Assembly: GCA_010093605.1 (NCBI GenBank)
Contig: MU004185.1
Span: 22,534-86,533 of the forward strand
Direction of reading: 5' to 3'
From: Lophium mytilinum
Taxonomy: Eukaryota
Length of the DNA stretch: 64,000 nt
The notes under the pieces are model-generated. The model was not told the DNA's origin and did no database searches. It saw nothing but the letters and a program-made list of their open reading frames with translations. The translations under genes and the position numbers were made by a program. Below, in pieces: positions 12,434 to 24,593 of this stretch; position 1 is the first letter of the stretch, and every line of letters begins with the position of its first letter.

Positions 12434-13449
12434 CGGTGCGATGCTAGTATGCGGTACAGCTTGCGTTGGGATTTTTCTTGCGGGGCTGGTGTTGTGATGA
12501 TAGTCGAACGCGTATCGACTCAATCGCTGATTCGCGAGCGAATGATACGATGGAGATCTAGCGATGGATGGAAAGGTTTCGAAAGTTGAGATCGCACGGG
12601 TTGAAAGACTCTGAGTGGGAGGAGGTGGTGTCGTGGAGGTTGTGCGGAGCCCAATTCTTTGCGGTCCTTGGGGGTGCAAGGTTCTCGAGAAAGCAGCTAG
12701 CAAGACTCGTGGTCTACGAGTGACGGTGGATGCAATGGATTCCAAGATACCAGTCAGTGGTGGGTGTGGCGATTATCCGCTGTCTGACGATGGTGAGTAG
12801 AGCTTTCTCTTGCACGGCACTGCTAACAACAACAATTGGCCGGATCGGAGAAACTTCTCGGGTTCGTGGCGGACATCCAGAACCTTCCCTCCCTCTGATA
12901 TTCGGACACAGTCTTAAGCGTCAAAAACATGACCCGGCACCGGACCAAACATAACAGAATAAGAAAGCGCTCCCACTGCAGGATCGCTCTGCGGAGAGGC
13001 ATGCTCCGCTTCGTAGGGATGCTCGCAACCAGATCTCGCAAAGAGCAAATAGAATATCAAAGAAGGTGAGAACACGGCGTACTAAATCATACAGAAACAA
13101 ATGTAGCTCGTTGGCGAACTTCAGAAGCCCTCGCGAAACTCATCCCCTTCCACAAACACTTACTACCTCACATCAAAACCTTCCTGTATCCCCGTACACA
13201 TGTTCCTTGGTCAAGTCTAGAGATGGCGTAATGAGGTTCGGCTGGCCTTCAACAACCACAGGCGATTGCGTTATCGCCTCTTCAAAGAGCGAGCTTTTCA
13301 CTCCTCAGACCGTGATGGTGTAAGCTCGTCTGAAAAGATTCAATAAAAACTGACCCAGAAGAATAGCAACTTGCCGTCTCAAACCTTCGCCGGCGATCGC
13401 TTTATCCGTACGTAGCTATCGAAACCAGCCAACCTTTAATGGATCTTCC

Positions 13450-14100
13450 TCGTCTGGGTGGTTAAAGACACCCGAGTCCACCGGGCTCTGCGCAAGGACA
13501 TGCACTTGCTGGTCCTTTGTTCCGGCCTGAGGTAGCAAGCTTTGCGGACACGAACAAATCTTCCTTGATACCAGGTGTTCATTTCACCACATCTCCTCTA
13601 CCGCGAGGTCGCGAAGTGATCGTCCTCGCAAATTTCATAAGGATTGGTCCGTGGGAAATTTGACCTTCGATCGTGGCTCTCCAGCATCTCTCTCGAGGAC
13701 TCCGAGAGACTGCGGGGCCGCAACACAGCGGTGAACGCTTTTGGCATTTTCTCACTCCTCAGCAAAAGTGCCCAGGTTCCAAGGCTACTAGGCGTAAAGA
13801 CTATGCTCGGTCTTTAATTGACGTAGACGTGATGCGCATTGATGAGGCCTATGGGATCAATGATTGGTACGAGGAGGAAATGATCCGTGTACGGCTCTGC
13901 AGAGCCTCACGTGGAGTTCCCGTAAGCGTTGTCGATGAGAAGATGAACTTGGTGCTCGTGACGGAATCACATGAGCTCAATCAAGGTGCTGATGAGATAG
14001 CAGCGTTCCGGCGGAATGTGCACCAGGTTTAGCAGGGCGCGTGTTCGTACATCCTTGTCGCTGAAATGCTCCAAAGCTTTCCCGTATTAATCACGTATTT
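13450..14100 (-). pseudogene. Possible degraded gene fragment
   Basis: One minus frame reads protein-like (YGKALEHFSDKDVRTRALLNLVHIPPERCYLISTLIELM*FRHEHQVHLLIDNAYG...) with scattered stops. No family recognised. Confidence 0.3.
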
Positions 14101-14709
14101 AGGGCCGAAAGAGCGTCGAAGAATCTGCGCATACGATTTCCAAGTCCCCTTAGCAAAGCCCCTCACCTGGATCCAATCTCCATTTCAGCAAGGCGGGGCT
14201 CAAGGCTTTGAGTACCGTAGTTTTCTAGGAGATATCTTCGCATTCTAGCTGGCGAATGGAGTACCCAGTGCGATGATGCGCCGACGCGCCGACGCCCCAG
14301 ACAGTTGTAGGCCGACGGTGGTTATGTAGCTGTAGTAAAACGCTGGACCCGCAGTGTTCGGTGCGCTGGCGAAGGAGATGGCGCCGGATGGATAGGTTAT
14401 GGCAGTACAGCTGTAAAGCCCCAACTCGCGCTGGAATTTCAAGCCGGTTCGTAGATGTAATTCGCTAAAAGAAAGCATGGTGTTAACAGATGAGGGAGGT
14501 GTTAAGGCTGGAGAGAGTTGAGATGGAAACAAGCTTTGTGAACTAGACCCAATATAGACTAGCCTCACCATCGTGGGAGCGGAGCTATCCCGGGCCCAGT
14601 TATTCTGTCCGACCTTGGTCGCCTGTTGCCGTCTAACCTACAACGTGCTCCGTCTGTTACACCTGCAATAAACACGTCTCCGGAGTGCGACACCTTGACA
14701 ACGAGCGAA

Positions 14710-16641
14710 ATGCCCACCGGAATGCTCTCCCAGCTCGTCCCTGGAGAAACTATATCGCAGCGCGTAGCGCGCCGACATAGGGCGGAACGCGGCGAGAAGA
14801 AGAAGCGCCCAGAAGAGCATGGTCAGGAGGAACTGGAAGACACAGCTAGACTCAAGGATCGCAACTCCCGACGCCCTCACTCGGATAGTGAGGACGCCCT
14901 GACACCACACGAATCATTTGCCACCACCGAAGTATATGCCAACAGTCCTGTCCAGGCACCATCCACATCGCAGGCGAAGAAACACAAGAAACCCAGTGGT
15001 CTTACCAAAAAGCAGCGACGAAAGGCGGAGAAGGACAGGCGCAAATCAGAGGCAAAGAAAGTAATGTTAGGGGAGCGAAAAGTGCGCGAGCTGGAGAAGC
15101 GAAAAGAGCGCGAGCTGGAGAAGCTCGAGCGCGTTCGGAAGGAAGAAGCAGCCAGCCTTGCTCAAGACTCCATGTTGGGGTTCAAATGCACTGTTCTATC
15201 TTACGGCTCAAAGTATGGCTCTTTGGGTCCAGTGCCATCTCTCTCTTTCGACGTCTCTGACGTTGAGCTGCCCGACACCACATCACAACACGTTACTGAA
15301 TTCGGTGGAGCCGGCCTCAGAGACGCACTACTAAACTTCATCGTCTCGTACAAGGAGAACCGCAGTGTTTTCAGGGAAATGTATAAAGCTGCAGCGGCAA
15401 GGATTCAGAGCGCGGCGCTAGCCGCAGAGACAGCCAAGACGAGCTTTTCGATTGCGATTCAAGATACAATTGGAAGGCGTAGTAGCGTTGCTTTTGCGCA
15501 AAAGCTCGGAGAGAGACTCGAGGTGGAGGATGGGTGCGTAGTGACTATCGTGCACAGGGATCTCATGATTCTGGGCGGAAGGAAGAGAGTTCCATGCGTA
15601 TATTTCATGACCGCGAAGGGCTGCTATCGTGGGGACTGTTGTCCATTTTCCCACGACGCGCAGTACATTGAAGCAGCAAAAGACATGCTGTGCAAGAATT
15701 CCCTGGTCACAGGTGGTTGCAAGTACGGAAACTCTTGTGTCTTCTCCCACGACCTTAACCACGTCGCCCAGGAACATCAAGCGAGGCAACCCAGCTGGCG
15801 TCAAGCTGATGAGCAGATACCAACCGGAATCCCGAACACACTAGCATACAGTGCGACCCAGGCGCCATGGTCCAGAGAGCGGAAACCCAAAGAGGAAGAG
15901 GGTAAGGGGAACGAAGCCGAATTGCTCAATGCGAAGTCTCCTGCGAGCTGGTCAATGGATGGCATCTTCTGCGCCATTACGTCATATGGCTCCCACTTTG
16001 GTCCGCTGGCGAACTCTCCATCTCTCGGTTTCCCTGTCGATGACATCCTCGTATTCCCGACTGCCCTTGCAAAAGGCCTCAAAACAGGCATGTCCGGTTT
16101 AGTTCAGACTGCGGTGTGGGGGCGCGAGTACAATGTTCGACGGTTCGAAGGTATCTACCAGAAAGTTAAGGCAGTCGTCGAAAAAGAAGGCTTGAAAATG
16201 GTGTCTGGGACTATCTCCATTGCTCTCCGGGGTCAAGTCGGAAGGCAGACAAGTGTAGTCTTTGCGGAAAAACTTGGGGAGAGGTTGCGGGAGGATGGAT
16301 GTATCGTGAAAATTATGCACCGAGATATCGAGACATCATCTTCGCTGTACAGAAAGGGTACACTGACCACCAACTTTTACAAGAAGTTGAGATTACTGGA
16401 CAATAGAGATCATCAGATGGTCCTGAAAGTATCTTCGGATAACAGGAAGGCTTGCGATACGAGCGACGAATCCGATACGAGATCTTCATCCTCTGACGGC
16501 TCCGAGGACAAGCGCTCTGACGACGATGGACATGGGCGTTCGAAGTATCCCATGGATATGGACTTGGTATCCGACTTCGGGACGGGTGACGGAGGATGGG
16601 ACCAAGATGCGTGGTCACAGTATCGCAGAATAGTTCGTTGA
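14710..16641 (+). CDS. Putative RNA-binding protein: K/E/R-rich N-terminus, RapZ C-terminal-like domain, two CCCH zinc fingers, second RapZ C-terminal-like domain, acidic tail
   Basis: Long intronless ORF (first ATG 14710). Two C-x8-C-x5-C-x3-H fingers (CVYFMTAKGCYRGDCCPFSH; CKNSLVTGGCKYGNSCVFSH). Two internal repeats SYGSxxG...F.V.D...IA....GRxxSVxFAxKLGERL..DGC.V.I.HRD. Confidence 0.85.
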   Translation: MPTGMLSQLVPGETISQRVARRHRAERGEKKKRPEEHGQEELEDTARLKDRNSRRPHSDSEDALTPHESFATTEVYANSPVQAPSTSQAKKHKKPSGLTKKQRRKAEKDRRKSEAKKVMLGERKVRELEKRKERELEKLERVRKEEAASLAQDSMLGFKCTVLSYGSKYGSLGPVPSLSFDVSDVELPDTTSQHVTEFGGAGLRDALLNFIVSYKENRSVFREMYKAAAARIQSAALAAETAKTSFSIAIQDTIGRRSSVAFAQKLGERLEVEDGCVVTIVHRDLMILGGRKRVPCVYFMTAKGCYRGDCCPFSHDAQYIEAAKDMLCKNSLVTGGCKYGNSCVFSHDLNHVAQEHQARQPSWRQADEQIPTGIPNTLAYSATQAPWSRERKPKEEEGKGNEAELLNAKSPASWSMDGIFCAITSYGSHFGPLANSPSLGFPVDDILVFPTALAKGLKTGMSGLVQTAVWGREYNVRRFEGIYQKVKAVVEKEGLKMVSGTISIALRGQVGRQTSVVFAEKLGERLREDGCIVKIMHRDIETSSSLYRKGTLTTNFYKKLRLLDNRDHQMVLKVSSDNRKACDTSDESDTRSSSSDGSEDKRSDDDGHGRSKYPMDMDLVSDFGTGDGGWDQDAWSQYRRIVR

Positions 16642-17613
16642 CTGTAAAGATCATGGAGGTGTTATCATCCTCTCGTGCGCCTTCCCTATTCGCTCCTGCC
16701 AACGGTCAAGTCTCTGCCTCCTTTGTAAGTCAACCAATACCTTCTACGGCATCTGCAAAAGATAGCTGGGCGGCGAAATTTCCTAGCCAACGGCGTAGAT
16801 GTTGCAATGAGCGTATAATACTGCTACTTCTCTTTGAGAGGATAGTTCACTACAGGCCCGCTGCGATATCTACGTGAGGCTTTCAATTCTATTCACAAAA
16901 AGCCATACGTGTCAAAATCATGCTCTCAACTTTCCGAAACTTGCGCGCCCAATGTCCATGCTCTCTTAACGCTCTTCAACCTGATGCTACAAGTGTCATT
17001 AGTATGCGATGATCTCTAGGCATGGGAATAAGGTATCTGGTTTGAAGCTGATCACGAACCCTTTTCCTAGGAAGGGACATTGGCGCAGGCTATTTCTGAG
17101 CAGAGAAAGCTTCTAATCGCCTAAGTGGAAAGCTCAATTAACAAGAGCTTAACACTTTCCTACAGGACCCTAATACACTCGTCTCTAGCACCTTAGATGA
17201 GCTCATGAGTAGCCCCAGCTACACCGATTTTTTAGTATTATTCAGTGTGACGAGCAATACTACGGTCGGACCAAATCCACGTACAGTCGCTGGCTCGTTC
17301 TTGAACTAAAGGATTATTTCCACTTACGTCTACCTCGATCAAAGTGAGATTGCAACGACCTCTAGTGTTAGTATGCATTGTTATCAGTTCTGCCAGAGGA
17401 ACTCTCTCTTCTTAACTCATTGTGTATAGCCGAGTCGGCGTTGTATATATGTGTCACCTTCATCGAAACATTGTAGGCATCATCTTCACTCTAAATCTCT
17501 GAGAACTAGATCCGTAAACACAGCTAGACCCACAAACGCTACTAGTTCTCCACACTTCACTAAGTTTCAAGGATCAAGTGAGAATCTACGGAATTTATTT
17601 AGATAGAACTAGT

Positions 17614-18486
17614 ATGAACCAGTCGGGTAGTGACTTTCCCCGATCGGCAAGTAGTGATGAGATTCCTCATGCATGCAGCACTCGTCTTCCAGGACTCGGG
17701 TGTCTCAGTATCCAATGATGATGTTTAGCTCGAGAAAGGACCTGCACGAACAAGAATCAACCGCACATCGAAAACCTTGGCGCTTGCAAGGAAAAACTCC
17801 TGGCCGCCTTTCAGGCATTCGTCGAGCCTGTAGTGCTCGATGACTTTGCGGGCACTAGCAGACAAACCCGTTACTACCGCAATATGCTTCTTCGCCACAC
17901 AGGAATCGGCCAAAACTCAAAAGAAGTAGACCAAGTTGCTCGTGTACTACCTGTGCCTCGTGTACTACCTGTGCCTCGTGTACTACCTGTGCCTTCCGGG
18001 CTTGAACTTTTCAGTCGTTCTATCCGCGCTCGCGCTTTCGCTATGCGCGAGATTGAGGGCATGACCCCCAGATGGCTACGAAAGCAAAAATCCAAACGCG
18101 TAGATTGTATTGCCGAGGTTTTCATCCGAGAGATGCAGGCACTGATTTATGACAAAGCCGTGTCTGACATGAAGCAAGGCGACTTTGGTAAGCCTGTGTG
18201 GGCTGACCTCGAACAAGTTTATAGGGGATTTGGACCCGTTGTGGGCTGGCTAGGCGTGTTCTCCTCGGCATCGCTGCGGCCCTTGGAGACTGTCACAGAA
18301 GCCTGCGAGATTCCTGCAAGTGATCCCCAGTGCTACATATGCTTTGAGGATATGAAGAAGGGTACTCATCATGCACTTCAGACGTCGTTTTTTCACTTTT
18401 TCGGCGCCGAATGCTTAGCGAGTTGGTGCCGTAAGAGCCCAGCATGCCCTATGTGTATGGGACCCTTGAAAATGCTCTTGTGCTAA
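17614..18486 (+). CDS. RING-finger protein, degenerate (third Cys replaced by Phe); 5' structure uncertain, possibly pseudogene
   Basis: CYICFEDM...TSFFHFFGAECLASW...CPMC at the C-terminus. In-frame ATG at 17614 is separated from the main ORF by TGA TGA (17716-17721) unless an intron removes them. Confidence 0.6.
17941..17994 (+). repeat. Perfect 18-bp tandem repeat x3 (RVLPVP)3
   Basis: cgtgtactacctgtgcct repeated three times. Confidence 0.95.
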
Positions 18487-19734
18487 GACTCTCACACATT
18501 ATCTAAGCGGTCAGGCATCCCATGCTGCTTATGCTACAGAATTGACGATGATCAGGTGCCCTGGCATCGCCTTGGAATCGATAAATGCAGCCTTTTTCTC
18601 CCCACAATTTCCCCCAACTTTACTTTTTTGATTGCCGAGATGTTAGAGGGTTACCGACATGATTATTGGTTTCGATTATCTACATCTAACTGTACATAGA
18701 TATACTAAATTTCATGCACGTAAGAAACTCCCTCTTCCAGGTTGAACATCTGCTATAGTGCGAAGGTTCTTGCCCGCTGCCTTTGGTGAAACAACAGCCT
18801 GAATCCTCTTTCAACCTGGTAAGGTTCGACACCAAATTTTTTTAGCTCACACGATCGGCATCTTGTTGTCTATTCAGAAATCTGTGGAAGACGAGCTTGG
18901 ACACGATGCTCAGCCCATCAATCAGATCCAGGAGGCCGACGGCGTCCATACTGGACAGCACAAGGCTTTCGGAACCGACCCTGGAGCCCACGTCGATTCT
19001 TCATGCCCCTCATCTTGGCTGGTCCCGCTAATGGCCAAGTGGCGTGGGGAGTTAGATAAACGTATCTAATACTGTTTGGCTTCACTAGCCTTCTTAGAAG
19101 AATCAGTCTACCCGAATAAAAAATCAGACAGCCATTCGATTTGCCTATAATTTGGTAATAAACTCCCGCGGTGCCACTTTTGGCGGCCTCTCTGGGCGTT
19201 CTCGTGGTGTTGCTGTACTCCTCTCCTATTCTATCTAGCCATGAAGAGCTTTGGCAAGTTATAGTCTTTCTATAACCCATAGGCAATGCTCTCTCAACTT
19301 CCGTGGTCGGTTCCGTACTTACGAGTACGTACAAATGCCCACGGCCCCACCTTTTCCTCAAAGGTTTGTGTCATTTTGTATACTGTTATCTCTTTCGTCT
19401 GCCATTGTATCGGCATGTGCCCTTTTCAACATCAATAATCCCACGAATGTGTTGCGCCATAGTAGTGTTTCGCAGAGGTCTAACAATGTAATTCAATGGA
19501 CAATGATTCGAGGGCTTAGTCAGGTGATTCCCTATCACTACCCAGAATTAGAATTCATGATGAAGCATTGTTAGGACACATTCACGTCGAATCTTATAAA
19601 GGACCCCTACCTCGCGTTGCTTCTTTACGTACGAGTTCTCTCAAATACTCACTACCACCAACCACTTGACCCCACAACAATTCACACACCAAGGCACACC
19701 CCTTCTCGACCCGCAAGCTACAGAACTTATCAAG

Positions 19735-20598
19735 ATGGCACACCGACTTGACCCCCCGAAGTGGAACGTGACCCACTTCGACAACAAGTTCCCTGAGGCG
19801 TCCTCACAACATATCCCTAAAAATATCGAGAAGAAAGACACTGCCACTAGTCCTGTACCAAGCCGAACCGAAGTTCTGACGACAGAGAACTTCAGTTCGC
19901 CGAGTGGCCAGGGTCATGAAGTTGAAACGGGACACAGCCACGCCAGCCAACTCTTGCGTCTCCACGCCGCTATTCGGGAGCTGAGAGGCTTCAAGAAAGG
20001 TCGCCGTGAGTTTCTTAAGAAGTTCGGAGAAGATGAACAAGTCAGCAAAGATACGAAAGCACTGGCTGCTAAGATATTACACATCGACTGCACACTAGGT
20101 TTCGCCGGAGCGACTCTGACCCACGAAATGATACAGGACCTCCTCGCCGAGACTACCAGCCTGGTGGCAATCGAGAAACAGGTGATGGTTGTGCTCGAAC
20201 GCGCCATGAACGAGCGAGATGTCGACGAGTCCCGTGAAATGGAGGCTGTCTCGGCTCGCCCCGCCCTGGGTACGAAGTGGAAAGCAGAGGAGGAACGCCT
20301 CCAGCAAAATCGGCTTCCGCCATCGCAGCCTGAGACCTACGAGGTCTGTTTTCAATGTCTTATGGACACGCTCCAGGAACTCCGTGAGGACGCTAATCGC
20401 CGAAGACTTCTCCTCGAGGTATTCGACTTCGCCGCCCAGTACCGAGCCCAAGCCGTAATCTCCAAGTCAAATATGAACATGCTGATCCGCCGCGTCAAGC
20501 TTTCAGGAGAAGGTATGGCTGTGAGCCAACTGAACAGGCTCCTAGCTGATGCGCTTGAATTGACCAGCACAAAGCCAGCTGACTCCCTGGCCGAGTAG
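19735..20598 (+). CDS. Hypothetical alpha-helical protein
   Basis: Long intronless ORF (first ATG 19735) with a tataaa upstream at ~19595. No motif recognised. Confidence 0.6.
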   Translation: MAHRLDPPKWNVTHFDNKFPEASSQHIPKNIEKKDTATSPVPSRTEVLTTENFSSPSGQGHEVETGHSHASQLLRLHAAIRELRGFKKGRREFLKKFGEDEQVSKDTKALAAKILHIDCTLGFAGATLTHEMIQDLLAETTSLVAIEKQVMVVLERAMNERDVDESREMEAVSARPALGTKWKAEEERLQQNRLPPSQPETYEVCFQCLMDTLQELREDANRRRLLLEVFDFAAQYRAQAVISKSNMNMLIRRVKLSGEGMAVSQLNRLLADALELTSTKPADSLAE

Positions 20599-21328
20599 CC
20601 TGCATTGGAAATCACTCACTAGTTCAACGATGTGAATTGGGAGGAGCCTCGACGAGAGGGTTCTGATAGTCCTCCGGTTAGCCCACGTGCTGTCCCTAAG
20701 CATGAGTAGGCATTTGCGTTTGATTGGTTGTGACAGGGTCAATAGTCGAATCATTTTCAAGGTACGGTATCTACTTAGGGCGGAAGTTTGGTTAACCACA
20801 TGGTGATGAGCTGATTTGCTCTTGTACGCTGCGCATAGTCTTGTGGGGTACGAACCACTCATGGGAAAGCAGCTTCTGCTGGTCAACGCACGCAATATAT
20901 ACGAAAGATTGATAACGCAGTTAAAAATATTAGACACCTCCTACCAAAATACAGCAAGTCCCTTTTCTCAGCACACGTCTGCATGCTCGCGAGGCATAAT
21001 AATCTTCATACAGTGTACGAAACGTGAACGCCCATAATAGGTACATTTTTCCGGGAGAGGCAACCTCAGCTACGAGCTAAGGGATATATTTATTATGAGC
21101 TTCAAGTCTTAGCTAGCTACTCTCCAATACCATGACCACCTTCCTCAAGCATAAGCCTCCAATTTCGTGGACCAAAAAACACTAATTCGTGAAAAAGAAA
21201 TATTCACTTTCCGAAAGCTATCTTGGGGCGCAAGCCCCCGTTCCGAGCCTCAATTCCAACGTTGAGTGGCGGAGGTCTTGCTTTAGGACCATCGGTTATC
21301 AGCCATCCTTCATGGCTTCTTCCTTCAG

Positions 21329-21933
21329 TCAATCTGCTTCATTGATCTGAGCGATTATTCGCCCCACCTCCTCACGCCCCGCCTCCGATACACTCCCATC
21401 GTTCTTAATCTCCTCAAGCGCTCTCAAAAGTAATCGCCTAGCCTCGGGCCCAGCTTCGAGCGTCCTCTGTATATCCTCCTGGAAAAGCTGGTCGCACTCC
21501 TGCTGTGCCTGTACCACGGCCTCCCAGCGTTGGCGAGCTGCTTCTAGAGCTTGCTGAGCTTCATGCACACGACGGAGCATGGCCTGCCGATCCACTTCCC
21601 CCTCGTCCTCTCCGTACAGTTGCGTCCTGCACATTGGGCCTGCAAGATGTTAGCATACTAGTGTCTCTAGAGAGGGGGGATATAGTGAATCATATACTCA
21701 CACGTGGATACGTTGGGATTGCCGCTTGAAAACCATTCGGTCAGGCAGCTGCGGCCAAATATATGGCTGCAATTTGGAACTCCAATGACTTGGACTGGTA
21801 GATCATCAGCCCCAAAATCGAACTCCTCGTGGCAAATTGGACATTGTTCGGGCAAGTCTGGATGGTTCGCGTTAACTTGGACGGTGTTAATCTGCAAGAA
21901 CTGCAGGGCGTTGCCGGAGAGAGCGGTGGACAT
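21329..21933 (-). CDS. RING-finger (C3HGC3-like) protein with coiled-coil C-terminus; intron 21701-21640
   Basis: CPICHEEF...CSHIFGRSCLTEWF...T|CPMCR, joined across a GTGAGT...CTAAC...CAG intron. Confidence 0.9.
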
Positions 21934-23054
21934 TGCTGCAGGATTGGGAGGTTTTGCAGTGACTATGGTTTGGGGGACAACGGGTGTTGAGTTTAGAGAG
22001 CTGTGTGGCGTGGTGGGTGTGGTGTTGAGGTGGTTGCGGTTGAATAATTTCGTTTGAACTCTTATCTATGTAGGGCTATACTGCCATAGAAGGTGAATGT
22101 GGTAAAGGTGAACGCCGAGCGGTAGCGATGCAAGTCAAACAGCGATGAGTCAGATGAGCTATACACAGCGACACGATACTGCAGGGAAGAACTTTTATAC
22201 GGGCTCTTCGAAGGCTCCCTACCAGCGACTTCAAGTAGACTATGCACCAAGGCCTTTAAAAGATACCTTTGGGCGCCTATAAAGCAATGCACATCTACTT
22301 TTGAGATTAGAGGCTTGCGGAAACTCGTTTTAGCTCCTAGATACTTTCATAGGCACAGAGAATCACGTGCCGTACTATAGCAAGAATGAACGTCATCCAG
22401 CTTCGTACAGTACAAGCGCAGACAATCCGTTGGAAGAAGAAATTTCATATATCTGAGGGACGCAATGAGAAAACCATCCCATGTACTAGCTTATCGCTTG
22501 AGCTATAAGTTCATTCACCGCCTGCACGCCGGAATTTCCGGATTAAGACAGAAGCACGTGTGTCGTGGCTCATACGTACGAACTAGTCACGTGCTATCAA
22601 GGTCGGTAGGGGTGGGAGCTGTGAGGAGACGTCGGCGGTTTTAGAGACTCTCAATACGGACAAAGTGGCCATGCTTAATATGTAACAATGAAAGTCACCA
22701 AACAGACGTTTGAAAGATAGAGTAGAGCAGTAGAGCAGATAATAATGATTGGTCCACGCCCCACGAGCCGGCGCAGCCTCATCGGCTCGTAGAGTATTTC
22801 CTAATGGGGATAAGTGGGATCATCAGCCCTAAACTCCGCCCGTCGCATGATGAACATGGTGGAGCTTCGGCGATAGCAAAGTAGTGTAACTGCTCGAGTC
22901 AACTCGAGCCGAGAGATTTCGTCCTTTGCTTTGGAGTGACCATAGCTATCGACTTATTTAAGAACCGGAATCATGGTGGCCATCTCACGTTAGTACTCCA
23001 CATCCCAGCCGCAAATCTCCATCGCGTCCCCTATCTTATTCTCGTGTATCCATT

Positions 23055-24215
23055 ATGGCTCATAATTTGGCGCCAATCCGTATTGCGGGCAGACCTGTTG
23101 GGCCTACGGGATATGGCTTGATGGGTACGTATGCCTCTTTCGAAAATCTCGAGGAATTTCGAAGACGTGCTGACCTTGTGGCAGGATTGACCCGCCCTTG
23201 GGCGACTACGGGATATTCAGATGCGACCAAAGTCATGAAGACGGCCCTTGAACAGGGTGCCAACTTCTGGAATGGAGTAAGATCAGCCTGGTGTATTTCT
23301 GGCCACTATACTGACGTTGGTAGGGCATGTTCTACGGCACACCAAATGCAAACTCGCTGCAATTGCTCAAACACTACTTCACCGAGCACCCCGAAGATGC
23401 AGACAAAGTTGTGCTTAGCATCAAGGGCGCCTATGATCGAGCCACAAATATGCCTACTGGCAGCCCGGAGGCGGTTCGCACGTCCGTCGAAGAGGCTCTC
23501 CGAGTCTTAGACGGCACCAAGAAGATCGATGTCTTCCAGTGCGCCCGAGTAGACCCCAAAGTTCCTGTGGAGACCACAATCAAAGCTTTGGCGGAGCTAG
23601 TTACTGCAGGGAAGATCGGCGGCATTGGTATGAGTGAAGTCAGTGGAGCTACTCTCCGTCGTGCGCACGCCGTGCATCCAATTGCCGCCGTCGAGATCGA
23701 GCTGAGTCTTTTTTCGAATGAGCCTCTCACTAACGGGATCTTGGATACATGCCGTGAGCGTAAGTCGCGTCTTTCTGGGTGTAAGGGCCCATCAGGATAG
23801 CTCTTATATTGATGTTCTCATAGTTGGCGTTCCCGTTGTAGCATACAGCCCACTAAGCCGCGGTTGGCTCACTGGCCAGTATCGACGCTACGAGGACCTC
23901 CCCGAAGCTGGTGCAATGCGCTTTCTACCGCGGTTTCAGCCGGATGTATTTGACCAGAATTTGAAGCTTGTCGAGGCTGTCGAGACTCTTGCAAAACGCA
24001 AGGGATCCACGGTCCCACAAGTAGCCATCGCCTGGGTCCGTCACCAGGGCGCAATTCCTATTCCAGGTGCGACTAAGATTGAAAGAGTGGTGGAAAATTG
24101 CACAGAAGTGGAATTGTCAGAAAAGGAACAACGGGAGATTCAGCAAATGTTGGACAACTTCCCGATCCAAGGACAGCGCTATGGTGGGGAACACGAGGCT
24201 TTGCTGAATCAGTAG
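23055..24215 (+). CDS. Aldo-keto reductase (pyridoxal reductase-like); 4 exons
   Basis: GPTGYGLMG, FYG, SIKG, IDVFQCARVD, IGMSEVS, AYSPLSRGWL, IPIPGATK motifs. Introns ~23125-23184, 23277-23323, 23760-23823. Confidence 0.92.
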
Positions 24216-24593
24216 GAATGAAGCTGAAGACACGAGACATTGGGGGTATACAGGACAAGATAGCTCCTCCTATCAAATTTTTCCCATCCCTATTACATAT
24301 CACCTACACAGTCCTAGTTTTGATCGAGTAATTCGTTGATTCACCGTCTAATCACTCAGCCACGTTCATTGTCCACCCACTCCACCCACACAACAGAACA
24401 CAATGAGAGCATTCACGCAACAATTACCTAGATATATATTCGTGAAACCTTCCCTAAATTGAAGCTCAAAAAGCAACCCTTAAGAATCACAGACCACACC
24501 CCACCTTAACTCCCCAACCATTAGTTGTCTCCGTCACACCACCACCCACCAACCACATCTTTGGTCAACCACTCATCTTGTGGCCTGATTACC

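Noticed and set aside
12272..12745. 157-aa ORF as a separate gene
   Set aside because: Its 3' part is exon 1 of the 10515-12433 gene, and the ORF runs into the intron.
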